Assembly: GCA_965240325.2 (NCBI GenBank)
Contig: OZ251242.1
Span: 930,001 to 994,000 of the forward strand
Length of the DNA: 64,000 bases
Direction of reading: 5' to 3'
From: Rebecca billardiae RCC1528
Lineage: Eukaryota; Protista; Haptophyta
Part shown: positions 33,341 to 46,330 of the stretch, piece by piece
How the letters are laid out: each line of letters starts with the position of its first letter
Numbering within the stretch: position 1 is the stretch's first letter
Translations under genes and position numbers: made by a program
Notes under the pieces: generated by a model
Seen by the model: the letters and a program-made list of their open reading frames with translations, nothing else
The model's database searches: none
What the model was told of the DNA's origin: nothing

Positions 33341-35700
33341 GCCGCCGCGCCGCGCGCGCCCGCCGCCGGGTGGCTGTTGCGTCGGGAGCGCTGGCGCGCG
33401 GCGCGCGTGCCGGCGGCGCGCAGCAGCTCGCGCGCCTCGAGCTCGCTGAGCGCGACGTCGGGCTCGGCGCGCAGCGTGGACACCGCCTCGGCCGCGTCGA
33501 ACACGCCCAGCCCCTGCGTGTCCAGCAGCCGCACGATCCGGTGCACCGCGCGCCGCCTTCGCAGCAGCCCCTCGCGCGAGCCGTCGCCGACCGCGCGCTG
33601 CTGAGCGTCGTTGAGCGCGATCATCTCTGCGGCGTGCACCGTCGCGCCGACGGCGGCGTCGAGCAGCTGCTCGAGCGGGCGCGAGGCGTACTCGTCGTCC
33701 GCGGGCTGCGCGCGCGCGCGCGCCGAGCCGCGGCCCTCGCCGCCACGTCCGCCGGCGCACGGGCAGCAGCCCGGCGCGCGCGCGCGAGAGGCGTCGTCGA
33801 CGTCCGACGGTGGCGGCGGGCGACTGGATGGCGCGCGCGTCGCCCGCACGCTCACCGCGCGCGAGGTGGCCTTCTTGGCGGGCGCGCCGCGGCGTGCGGC
33901 GGCCAGCCTGAGCTGCGGTGCGCCCTCCCACCCCGACGCCGCCGCGCGGAGCAGCTCGCGCAGCTCCTCGTCCGTCAGCGCCACGTCCTCCGCCGAGCGC
34001 AACGCGGCGACCAGCTCCGCCGCCTCGAACGCGCCCGAGTCGTCGACGTCCAGAAGCCGAAGCGCCGTGCCGAGCCGCTCCTGCTGCGCCGGGGAGAGCT
34101 CGGCGGGGCGCGGCGCGGCGGGCGCGAGCGCGGACGTGTCGGGCACCCAGTCGAGCGAGCACACCACGTTCTTCAGCCGGCGCTCGCCGCGCCACTTCAG
34201 GTCGAAGTGGTTGCGGCTCACCAGCAACCACTGTGGGAACGGCAGCGGCGCGCGGCCGTGCAGCGCAAACTTGGCCGCGGGGAACACGGAGCCTCGCGCC
34301 TCGAGCGCGCGCGCGTCGGCGAGGAGCTCGATGGGCCAGCGCTCGGCCTCCTCGCCGTCGCGCGCGTACGCCAGGTCGGCGTACCGCTCCATCTCGATCT
34401 CCTGCTCCTGCTCCTGGTCCTGCTCGCGCTCCGCCTCCGCCTCCTGCTCTCGAGATTGCTCGGTGTCGAGCTCGAGCAGAGCACGCTCGGAGCCCTCGAC
34501 GGCGGCGAGGATCTCCGAGACGATCTGGCGCTCCTCGGGCGTGCGCACGTAGTCGGCGAAGCCCTCCGCGCGCTCCGCGAGCACCGCCGCGTACTCCTGC
34601 CGCTCGGGCACCCCCGACGGCACCTCCGTCTCCACCTTCTCCAAGAAGACGTCGAGCGCGCGCCCAAGGCTCGCGCGCAGCTCAATCGATCGGCGGCGCG
34701 AGCGCGAGCCGGCGGCGGCGCGCCCGCCGCCGGCCGCGCGCGCGGAGGGCCGCGCGGAGGAGGCGGGATCGTGCAGGATCGACTCGACGAGCGCGAGCCG
34801 CGCCGTCCCGTCGCCCTCCGCGCGCAGCAGCTCGAGCCGCTCCGACGCCTCGAAGAACGGCAGGCTGGTGCCCTTCCGCAGGCCGACGGCGCGCGCGCGC
34901 GACACGAGCCGAGCGAGCGCGCTCGCGTCGCGCAGCTGGACCGCGCGGCGCAGCTCGTCCTCGAGGGCGGTGCGCGGCTTCTGCTCGCGCCACGGGAAGC
35001 GCTCCCACGTGGGCAGCGGGCTCACGCCGTGCGAGCGCGCCAGCTCGCGCAGCTGCTCCTCGTGCCGCGCCTTGAGCGCGGCCACCTCGAGCGCGCGCGC
35101 GCTCAGCCGGCGCGCGGTCAAAGCGTGCTGCTCACGCCTCGGCGCGAGCACGTGCAGCGCTGAGGCGTGGTCGACGGTGGCGACGAGCCACGCGACGAGC
35201 GCGCGCTCGGCGCGCGAGATCGGCGGCGGCTCGCTCGGCTCGCTCAGCTGCGACGTCGAGAAGTACCACAGCCCGCCGAATGAGTCGCCCCCAGCGCTCC
35301 AGGCCGCCTTGGCGTTCAGACGACCGTCGTCGAAGTAATCTTCCGGACGGAGCCGCGCGCGCGGCACGCCCTCCTCGTAGTCGCCGTCGTCGTACGCGAC
35401 GTCGTACACCGTACCCGCCTCGCTCCCGCCCTCGTACTCGTCCGACGGGTGCACCGCCACGATGTCGCCCGGGTACCACCGGCCGTACCCCTTCCAGTTG
35501 CCGACCACCCTCTCGCCGTCGTCGTAGTCGTAATCGTCGGGATCAAAGTCGTCGTCGTCGTCGTCGTCGTCCTCGTCGTCGTTGGAGCCGGAGGCGGAGT
35601 CGTCGTCGGAGCCGGAGCCGTCGGAGTCGGTGTCGCCGTCGCTCGGCTCGGACGTGGTGGGCGACGTGCCGCCGGCGGGCGCGGCGGCGGCGGGCTCGGC

Positions 35701-35735
<35 letters not shown>

Positions 35736-38700
35736 CCTTTGCTGCATCCGCCTCGGCTTTGGCCGCCGCGCGCAGCTCGCGCGAGACGACCGCCGCGGCC
35801 GGCGCGAGCTCCGAGCCGCTCACCATCGCCACCGCGAGCTCCGCCGCGCTCGCGCTCACCTCCACGCCCGCCGCGCGCCCCGCGAGCCACCGCGGATCCT
35901 CGAGCGCGCGGACGGCGCGGCTCGCGGCCGGCAGCTCGAGCAGCAGCAGGGTCGCCTCGTCCTCGTCGCCGTGTGCGCGCTGCAGCGCGGCGATCGCGGC
36001 GGCGCGCGGGACGGGCGAGCCGCGCTGGCGCAGCTGCTTCCGCAGCGCGCGCAGCGCGAGCGCGTCCACGTCGGACGGCAGCGAGCCCGCGCCGATCCCC
36101 TCCGCGGCGCGCACCTTGGCGTCGAGCTCGTCGTGCGTCTTGGCAACGTCGGCGCGCACACTCTCGAGCGAGCGCTCCTTGTGCGCCAGCTCGCGCTGCC
36201 AGTCGAGCAGCGCGCCGAGCACGCCGGCCCAGGTGCACAGCACCTTCACGCTGGCGAACTCGCTCGCCGCGTTCTTCCCGCCGCCGCGCGAGGGCGCCTC
36301 CGCCGCGCGCGCCGCCCGCAGGCCGAGGCTCGCCAGCGCCGACACGAAATCATCCGGCAGCTGCGAGGCGACGCCGCGCGCGGAGCCGCCGCCGCCGCCG
36401 CCGCCGTCGTCGTCGTCGTCCGCTTCGGCGGCGTCAGAGCCGACGTTCTTGCCGATCAGCGCGACGGTGAGCTTCTTGAGCTGCGTGACGAAGCGCACCG
36501 CGCTCGCCGCGTCCACGCGGTCCCCGCCAAACCCAACCGCGCGCCGGAATCGCACGGCGAGCGGGTCGGCCGCGGCCGCGGCGCGCGAGCCGTAGCCATC
36601 TGCCGCTGAGATACCGGCCTCGCCGCCGAGCGGGGCGCCGACGTCGGCGGCGAGGTCGAAGACGACGAGGACGAAGGAGCACGCCTCGCGCGCCGCGTCG
36701 TCCGCCTCGATCCGCGCCGCGTCGCGGCACAGCCCCTCGAGCGAGAGGCGCAGCCCGGGAGCGAGCTCGTTGAAGACCGAGCCCAAATTGCTTCGGAGCT
36801 CGGGGCCGCGCGCGTGCGCCGCCTCCACGTCGCCCTCGAGCATCGCGGCGAACTGGCGCAGGCGGAGGAGGCGCGACTGCGCGGCCTCGAGCGCGTCCGA
36901 CGCGGCGTCGCCCGCCTCGCCGCCCGCCTGCTCCTCCTCCGCGGGCGACCAGCGCGGCCGCGCGCCGGCCGCGCCGCTGCCGCCGCCGCCGCCGCCGCCG
37001 CCGGACGCGCCTGTCGCCGGCTCGGCCGCGGCGGCCGCGTCCTCCTCGTCGCCCGGCGCGTAGTAGCCCGCCTCGACGGCGGCGCGCGCGACGGCGAGCA
37101 CGTCGGTGAGCCACGCCGAGTCGCTCACGTCGCCGCCGCCCTCGTCGCCGCCCGCCTCGCCCACGCCGAGCAGCGCGCACAGGCACTCGCACGCGCGCGC
37201 GAGCGTCGCGGTCGACTCGGTGCGAGCGGTCGCGCGCTCCGCTTCGTCCGAGGCATCGGCGAGGCGCGAGAGGGCGAGGACCCAGTTGTGCAGCGCGCGC
37301 GCGGCGGCGCCGCCGCCGAGCTCGGCCGCGCTCGGCTTCGCGTGCGCCGCCGCGTACTTCTGCACCGCGCGCGCCTGCTGCGGGCTCAGCGCGAGCGCGT
37401 CGACGCGCGCCGCGCGCGCGCCGAGCGGCAAGCTTAGTAACCGCTGAGTAACGGATTGCCAGCCCGGCTTGAGCTCGAAGAGCGCGCAGAGGACGTCGCC
37501 GAGCGCGCGCATCGTGGGCGTGGGCAGCAGCGTCTCGGCGAGCGCGTCGAGCGCGCCGCGCGACAGCGCGCGCAGCCCGTCCATCGCCTCGCGCAGGCCG
37601 CGCTGCGCGGCGCCTAGCGCCTCGGCGACCGCCGGCGGCACCGGCGGCGGGCGCGAAAACGCTTGGAGCTCGGCCGCGTCGTCGGCCGCGAGCTCGCGCA
37701 GGGCGCGCGCGGCGACGGTGGCGAGGCCGCGGAGCGGGCGCATCCGCGCCTCGTGCATCGCGAGCGCGCGCCCGGCCGCGCGGTGCGCGCGCTGCTGCGC
37801 CTTGAGCTCGCGCGCGCGCCCCTTGTGCGCGCGCGCCGCCTCCTCCCAGCCCGCGGCCAACACGAACAGGCGCGCGCCGTCGCGCGAGATGACGGAGCCG
37901 TCGGCATCGACGAGGACGACGGTCCAGGGCGAGGCGCCGCCGATGTCGAAGGTCTGGCGGAGCAGCGCGCGGCGCGACTTGTGCGCGAACGGCACGGCGA
38001 GCCACGGCATCCCGCGGAACTCGGCGGGCGAGGCGGTGCGCGAGACGAAGACGATCTCGATCGAATCTGCATGCGCCGCGTACGCCGCCTTGAGAGCGGA
38101 GAGCAGCCGCGCGCCCGCCGCCTCGGCGAGCTTCGAGTCCTCGCCGGCGGCGGTGGAGAAGAAGAGCGCGACGACCTTCCCCGCGATCGCGTCGCGCGTC
38201 GCCGTCCCCGTGCTCCCCGAGACGAACGCCGTGCCGATCGCCTCGAGCACGAAGCCGCGCGAGTCCTGCACTCGAAAGTAGTGGTGGCCTGCCATCAGCT
38301 CGGCAAACGCGCGCCGCCGCCACACGTTCGCGAGGTTCTGCGCCATGAGCATGTCGTACTGCGTGGCCTCGGTGCGCATCGCGTTGAGCACGAGCCACGC
38401 CGCCACGTCGTCGAGCGAGAGCGGGGGCGCGGGCGCCGCCGGGTTGCTCGCCGCCGCCTGCTGCATGGAGAGAGCGTTGGCAGCGGGCGACACACGCTCG
38501 CCGCGGTCGAGCGGGCGGCGCCGCTGGCCCGCCTTGGCGAGCTCGCGGCACATGAGGCCCTGCACCTCGGGGGTGAGCAGCAGCGCGACGGTCTGCCCGT
38601 TGCCGATCCCGCGCATCCGGAACGCGCCCTGCGCGTAGTCGCGCCACACCATGTCCTTCCCCAGCGTGAGCATCGCGCGCGCGCCGGGCGACTGGGCAAT

Positions 38701-41700
38701 GTCCATTCCGGTCGTGTGAATCTGATCGTAGAACGTGAAGCGCTGGTGAGGCGAGATCCCGGACTGGGAGAGCTTGAGCACGCGCCACGTGGCGCGGACG
38801 AGGATCATCTTCTGGTCCGACTCGTCCAGGAACACCACGCCCTCGCACCACCGCGCGAACGCGGGCATGCGCAGCAGAAACACCGCCACCTCCAGGTTAG
38901 AAAGACCGGTGACGAGCGCGCCGGTGTCAATGAGCGCGTGCGCGCGCGGCTGCGCGCGCGCCACCTCCGCGAGGAGCGACTCGACGCTCCAGCCGTCGTC
39001 GAGCACGGTGACGGAGACGACGGTGTGGTCGGTGAGCACCGTGAGCATCTTCCCGTCCGAGCCCTTCTCGTACCCGCACCGGCCGAGCGCGCGCGGCAGC
39101 AGGTCGGACGGCGTGCCGGAGAAGCCGACGCGCCGCCCGAACAGAGTCTCCCCGCCCACCTCCTGCCCGGACGCGGAGAGCTTGGTGACCTGGTGCTGCA
39201 TGTACGCGGGGAAGACGACGTTCTCGAGCAGCCAGTGCACGGTGAGCGGCTGCCGCCGGAGCAGCCGGTACAGCTTGCCCATCTGCTCCTCGTCCGACGA
39301 CTGCAGCAGCCACAGAGGCACGACGACCCGCCCGTCGTCGATGCGCACGCCCGCGCGCTCCGCCTCCGCGGCCGCGGCGAGCGCCGCGGGGCGGCGCGAG
39401 CCCTTGACGAGCCCGCCGGCGCGCTCGACCCACTCGGCGTACGTGATCGCGGACTTGCGCGCGGAGAACGGCCCGACCTCCTTCTCGAAGTTGGTGCGCA
39501 CGATATGAATCACGTCGTCCTCAAAGTCGACGCGCCGAAGTCCTTCGTACCGGTAGCCGAGCACGGTGAGGCCGATGATCACGTCGGGGTGCGCGAACTC
39601 GGAGGCGCGCGCGGGGACGTCCTTGCCGACGAAGGGGATGGCGAGCTTGAAGCGCGAGCGCGGCATCAGCGGCTCCGCCTGCTTGAGCCGCGCGTACTCC
39701 TCCTCGGTGAGCAGGCCGAACGTGACGCGCGATATCTTCTGCAGGCAATGCGGCAGCAGCGTGCCGAGCCACTCGGCGACGAGGTTGAGCATCTTGAACG
39801 CCTTGGGCGCGAGCGCGCGCGCCGCGAGCGCGTGCAGGCGGCGCGTGGCGAGCTCGGCGGCGCGCGCCTCGGCGGAGCCCGCCGCGCCGCCCTTCGCCGA
39901 CGCCGACGCCGCCGACGACGCCGGCACCGCCGCGACGATCTCGGCGGGCCAGTGCGCGTCCGCGGCGAGCTTGGACGCGTCGCCGGTGATGTACGCGAGG
40001 ATGTGGGTCTCGGAGAGGCCGCCGACGTGCTGCGCCTCGAGCCAGAGCATCGCCCACAGCGCCATCACCGGCTTCATCCGCGCCTCGTACCAGTCGAGGT
40101 TGAGCAGCACCAGGTGCGGCGACGACTGCAGCGCGTGGCTAGCGTAGCCGGCGGCCAATTCCTCCGCGAGCGTCGCGAGGATTGCCCTGGCGCGCGCCGA
40201 CTGCTCGAACGGAACCGACATGTTGCCGCCCGACTCGACGGCGAAGATGGCGTCGAGCAGGTGGATGGCGAGCGTCCAGCGCTCGGGCGAGAAGTCGAGC
40301 GGCAGCTTCGGCCCGATCGGGAAGTTGAGCTCCGAGCGCAGCGGGTGGAGCAACAGGTCGACCTCATCCATCACGAGCACGCCGCGCGCCTGGAAGAGCT
40401 CGAGCGCGGCCGCGAGCGCGCGCACGTCTCGCTCCATCGACGGGAGGTGCTTGCGCGCCGGGTCGCGGAGGAGGTCGAGCTTCTCGAGCAGCCGGAGCTG
40501 CACGCTCTTGACCGACGTCGCGGTGCACAGCACGACGCCGCGGTGCGCCACCGCCGAGCGCAGCTTGTCCACCAGCTCCCACGACGCATCGGCCGAGCGG
40601 TCAAAGGAGAGGGTGAAGACGCGCTTGCGGATGATCGACGAGAAGGCCGAGCGCAGCGTCGCGCGCGTCTGCTCGAGCAGCGCGGGCGGCATCATCTGCA
40701 CGACGAGCGAGTGCCCGTCGCCGAGCATCAGCGAGAGGATCGGCGAGATCACCGTCGTCTTGCCGCCGCCCATCAGCATCTGCTTGACGAGCGGCGAGCG
40801 CGCGCGCACCGCGGAGACAAACTCAAAGATCAGCTCCACCTGCGCCTTGCGCAGGACGAGGTTGTGAATGAACTCGAAGAGGAGGAGGCGCGGGTCGAAG
40901 GCGAGCGTGGGCGCGGTCGGGCCGCCGTGCTCGGGCCGCACGAAGTGCCGCCCGGTGCGCAGCAGCGTCGCGAGCGTCTCGGCACGCAGCGAGATGAGCG
41001 ACGGAAGGTCGGCGCGTACAGTAGCCTCGCTCGCGCGCCCGCCCGCCTCGGCGACGGTGCGCAGCGAGGCGGCGGCCTCGGCGAGCAGCAAGCGCAGCGC
41101 CTCCGCCTCCGCGATGCACCGGTTCGTCTGCCCGATCCGCGTCGCGTGGCACACCGTCGCCACCACCACGTCGAGCAGCGCGCGCGCCGTACGCGCCGAG
41201 ACGAACGGATTCAGCCGTCGCACGTCGCCAACGGCGCGCGACGAGATGAGGAAGCAGAAGACGAGCTCGAGCGTGAGGCGCGCCTCGAGACCACACGCCT
41301 GGCGCAGGACGAAGCCGAGCCTCCGCGCGCGCTCCTCGCGCGACGACGACTCCGGCCCGTGCGCGCTCGTGCCCTCCGCCGCGCGCCGCGCCGCCGCCGC
41401 GCCCACCGCCGCGCCCGCGCTCGTGTCGACGCGGTTGGCTGTTTTCTCAATCACTGGCAGAGCGCGCGAGACGTAGGCCGAGTCGTGCGCGCGTCGCTCG
41501 CGCAGCGCGAGGAGCAGCTTGTCGAGCGAGGCGCTCGCGCGCTCGAACAGCGCGGCGCCCGCCCGGCCGTCCGCCGCGCTCGCAATCTCCTGCGTCGACG
41601 GCAGCAGCAGCAGCCGCAGCGGCGACGCGCCGTTCCGTTGCGACGCGTACTCGGCCATGTCTGCCGCCATCCGCGCCAGCATGTCTCGCGCCACCTTGGA

Positions 41701-42265
41701 GCGCGCGTGCGCGTGCGAGCCGACGTCGAAGCGCAGGTCGGGCGAGATCTCGGCGATGCCGAGCTCCGCGCGCGGCACGGCGCGCACGTGCGCCTCCAGC
41801 TCGAGCACGGACAGCGGCTCCGTCGCGAACGCGCGGCAGTCTGACTCGGTCGTCGTCAGAGACGGCTCGCCGAGCGCCGCGCCGTCGACCGGCTGGAGCA
41901 CGCGCCGCGCGCACGAGTAGTCTGTCGGCGCGGGGAGCACCCAGCGGCGTGGGGGCAGGCCGGCGAGCGAGGACGCGCGCGCGGCGGGCGCGTGCGCGAA
42001 CGGCGGCACCGCCGCGCGCGGGTCGACGCCGTGCGTGCGCGCGTCCGAGGCCTCCAGCTCGTCGGCCCACGATGACGCGCTCTCGAGTTCGGCGCGAGCG
42101 GTCGCCTCCGCGTCGGCGGCGAGGGAGTTGACGTCGACGAGGGGCGTGCCGTACCGCTCGCCGCCGCCACCGCCGCCGCCGATGCGCTCGATGCGCGTGT
42201 CGTCCAGCTTGAGCGGCGCCGAGTCCTCCGGGCCCACCACCACCACGCCGCCCCAGCCCCAGTCG

Positions 42266-42299
<34 letters not shown>

Positions 42300-45200
42300 A
42301 TCCGCCGCCGCCGTATCCGCCGCCTCCGTACCGCGAGCGCGAGTTGAAGTGCGCGCGCGTGAGCGCGTCGGCGCGGCGCTGGAGCATGCGGTCGCGCAGC
42401 GCGCGCGACGCGGGCCCGCCGCCGTCCGTGCCGGTGAGCGCGCGCAGCTCGGCGAGCATCGAGCGCACGAGCACGCCGAGCGGCGCCTCGCTCGAGCGCC
42501 CGTCCCGCGGCACGCCGGTGAGCGTGTCGCCGCGCTGCCGGCGGGTGTCCTCAAACTGCGGCAGGAAGGGCGCGAGTTTCGGCCTGCGCGCGAGGGTGTG
42601 CAGCACCGACGCGAAGAGGCCCGGCTCGTACGCGTCGTGGAAGAGCGGCAGCAGCAGCCGCACGAGCGAGGGCCCCGACGGCGCGTCGGTCGCGAGCCGC
42701 GTGCGCAGCGAGCCCTGCGCGAGTTGATACATGAGGAGGAACCCTGCGCCGCGCAGCGTCACCTGCGGAGGGCCGCCGCTCGGGTTGATCGCGGCGACGA
42801 GCTTGAGCACCTCGTCGACGGAGGCGACGTACATGTGCATGTGCGGCACCTGCAGCTCCTCGAGCAGCGAGCGCACCCGCTCCGGGTCGCGCGCATACTC
42901 CAGCACAGACGGATCCCAGTACTCGAGCCAGCGGAGCGGGCGGCGGCGCGCAGGGATCTCGACGACGCACTCCGCCTCGCCCGCCGCCTCGGCGCGCAGC
43001 TGCGAGCGGCGGTTCTTGCAGAGCAGCACCTGGTGCAGCGCGAGCGCCTCGGTCCCGTCGCGCAGCCGCGGGTCCGCCGCGTCGACCACGCACCGGTTGA
43101 GCAGCGCGAGCTCCTCCTCCGCCGAGAGCCGACAGCTCGCGGACACGCGCGCGAGCTTGGCGGTGTACGCGGAGCATTCCTGGCTCAAGTTCCAGGGCAT
43201 CCGGACGGGCGCGTCGAGCATGACGAAGGAGAGCTTGAGCCGGCACGCGTGCGCGTCCGGGTGCATGTCCGGGCCGTGCGCGGGCGACGCCATGTGCCCG
43301 AGCAGCGTCGACTCCTCGAACGAGAGCGCCGTGTCGGTCGAGACGGTGTCGGTGAGCGCGAGCGCCGACGAGTAGGAGCGGTGCAGCAGCCGCAGCAGCA
43401 GTAGGTACAGCGCGGACGCGAGGGTGGACGCGGAGAGGAAGGAGAGCGAGACGTGGATCTTGTACGTGTAGTACGGCGCCTCGATCATCTCCAGGTACTG
43501 CCCGTTCGCGAAGAGCATCACCAGCTCCGTCGAGAAGGGCCGCGAGGCGATGGGTGTGCGCACGGGCAGGTGCGCCGGCACGAGGACTGACAGATCGCCC
43601 GACTGCGCGTGCTCGAGCAGCAGCGAGTGCGGCATGCCCGCGAGCAGCTGGACGGTGGCCGGCGTGCGCCCGCCATTGGTCACGCACATGTCCGCGTGGT
43701 CGAGCGAGAAGAGCCGCACCTTCCCGTCCGCCCCGCGCCGCGCCTCGAAGCTGAGCTTGAGGCGCGGCAGCTGCACGAGAGCCAGAGACTTGCCGTCTGC
43801 CGGCACGCGTTGCGCGACGCTCAGGTCGTCGTCCGGGCTCGCCACCGCCGGAGCGCGCGCCCAGGCGAGCACGTGCGCGAGCTGCTCGAGCCGCACGAGC
43901 AGCTCGGCCAGCGACGCGAGCGACGAGCCCGCCGGCGCGTTGAGCAGGTCGAGCAGCACGAGCTCAGCATCCGTGTACTCGCCTGGTTCGCGCGGCGCGT
44001 CGAGGCCGCCGCCGTCCGCGCGCGCGCGCGCCTGCTCGCCGCCGCCGCCGGCCGCGTGCGCCTCGTCGCCGCCGCCGCCGCCGGCGGCGGCGGCGCTGCC
44101 AGCGCCGCTGCCTCGCTCGAACTCGTTCACGAGCCCGAGCGAGTCGAAGGCGCGGTCGAGCAGCAGCGGCAGCAGCTGCGCGGCGCGGCGCGCGCGGCTG
44201 GCCGTCTTGCCGCGCGCGCCGCCCTTGGCTGCGCGCGCGCCGCCCGCGCGCTCGCCGCCAAGGGGCTTGGGGTCGACCATCTCGACCGCGCGCGCGGCGG
44301 TGCGCGCGTCGCCCGCGCGGCCCACGAGCGCCGCCACGCGCAGCGCCGCGCCGAACGGGCACTCAAACGGCCCGCGCAGCAGGCCGTGCCGACGGAGGTA
44401 CTCCTCGGCGGCGGCGACGACGATGGCCACCTCGGCGCGGCGGCGGCGCAGCCTCGCCGCCGGGCGGCGGCGCACGATGGCGACGCACGGCGGCAGCGCG
44501 AGCGGGCTCTCCGCGTCGGCCGCCGCGCGCGCCGCCGCGCTCGCCGCCGCGGGCGTCCCCGGCACGAAGCCGCGCGCGCCCGCGCTCGCAACGTGCGCCC
44601 CGAGCTGAAGGGACACCGTGAGAACGTGCCGCTCGCCGCGCCGCAGCGGGTAGCCTCGGATCAGGTCGGACTCGTCCTGCCAGAAGGCGTGCGAGGCGAG
44701 CAGCGCGTCGGGCAGCACGCCGCGCAGCAGCCGCGGCGGCAGGAACGTTTCCGTGCCCAGCGAGAGATTCTCGTCCACCGTCCACTCGCGCGTGATCACC
44801 GCCGAATGCGGCACCGAGTCCGAGGCCGCGTAGGGGTGTCCCGCACCGTGCCGCTCCCACGGCGGCCACGGGTGCGAGCGCGGGTCAGGCGCGGGCTGCA
44901 GCGCGGCGAGGCAGAAGCGGCTGTCCGAGGTGTACTCGAGCCGGCGGTAGTGCCGCCGCCCGTGGCTCTCCAGTCGGTACGCCTGAACCATCCGCCGCTC
45001 GCGATACACAAAGAACTCCCGGAATATTCCGGTGGTGCCCGGCAGGCAGCCAATCAGATACGCGACCGTCGCGTCCGCCGGCAGCGCCGCCTCCGGCAGG
45101 TAGAGCTCCAGCGGCTCGGGCAGCGTGAGGTACGCCTCGCGCACGGGCTCGAACACCGCCGGCAGCCACGCTTTCTCCTGCGCGCGCGCGCGCGCGCGCC

Positions 45201-46284
45201 GAGCGCGCGGCCGCGCCGCAGCGGCGCGAGAGGGCGGTGGCGCGTGAGCGCGCGCGAGCGCACCGCGGCCGCAGGCGCGCGCAAGGGCGCGCGGGGCGCG
45301 CGGGCGGGCACGGCGCGGCGCGGCGCGCGGCGCCGTGCCGTGGGGAAGAGCTCGCCCGGGAAGTACGGCCGCCACAGGTCGGACGGCACCTCGCGCTCGT
45401 CGGGGCTCCACCACGCCACGTCGTGCCCGCGCCCGACAAGACGATACTCGGTGCGGTGGGTCGCGACAGAGAGGATGGAGGCCTGCATCGAGACGGAGCC
45501 GAAGAGGGCGCGCACGTCCGGGTGCTGCGCGACGGCGGGCGGGAGCGCCTGCGGGTGCGACGCGCGCAGCGTGAGCTGCATCAGCTGCGCGTCGATCTCC
45601 ACCGCAAGCTCGTCGTCCAGCACGGAGCTGACGCCCGTCTCCGGCGCGGCGCCGGCCGAGGCGCCGCGCTCGCCCGCGTCGCGCAGCCGCCTCGTGCCGT
45701 CCACGTCGTCGGCGGCGAAGGAGCGCTGCGTGTCGGGCGGGCCGCTGCGCGAGCCCTGCCCCGAGGCGCGGCCGCCCGCGCCCGCTGCGCCCGGCGAGCG
45801 AGGCCCGCCCTCGGCCGCGCCACCGTCGGCGTCGTCGTCCGAGCGCGCGCCCCGCGCGCCGCGGCCGCCCGCGCACGGCCCGAACAGGGACTCGAAGAGC
45901 GCCCAGGCTTTTGGCGAGGCGTTGGCGCGCGCGCCGCGCGCCGCGCCGCCCCCGTCGTCGCCGCCACTCGCGCCCTCGGCCGCGCCGCCGGGCTCGCTGC
46001 CCGGGCGCAACGAGCCCACGGCGACGCCGGGCGCGACCGCGCGATCGCCCGCGCCCGCTCGGTCGGCGCCGCCGCCGCCGCCGTCCGCGGAAGCGCCGCC
46101 GCCGTGCGCCGCGGCGGCGCGGCCACCCTGATAAGCCGAGTGCACGGCGAAGCGGCCGACGCTGCGCCGGCCGGCGACGTAGGCCCAGCGGTTGCGCGGC
46201 GGCGGCTCTGCTGCCACGGCCGCCCCGTCGTCGCCGCCGCCGCCGCGCGCGCCGCCGCCCGCCTCATCGGAGCCGCCGCGCTCC

Positions 46285-46330
<46 letters not shown>

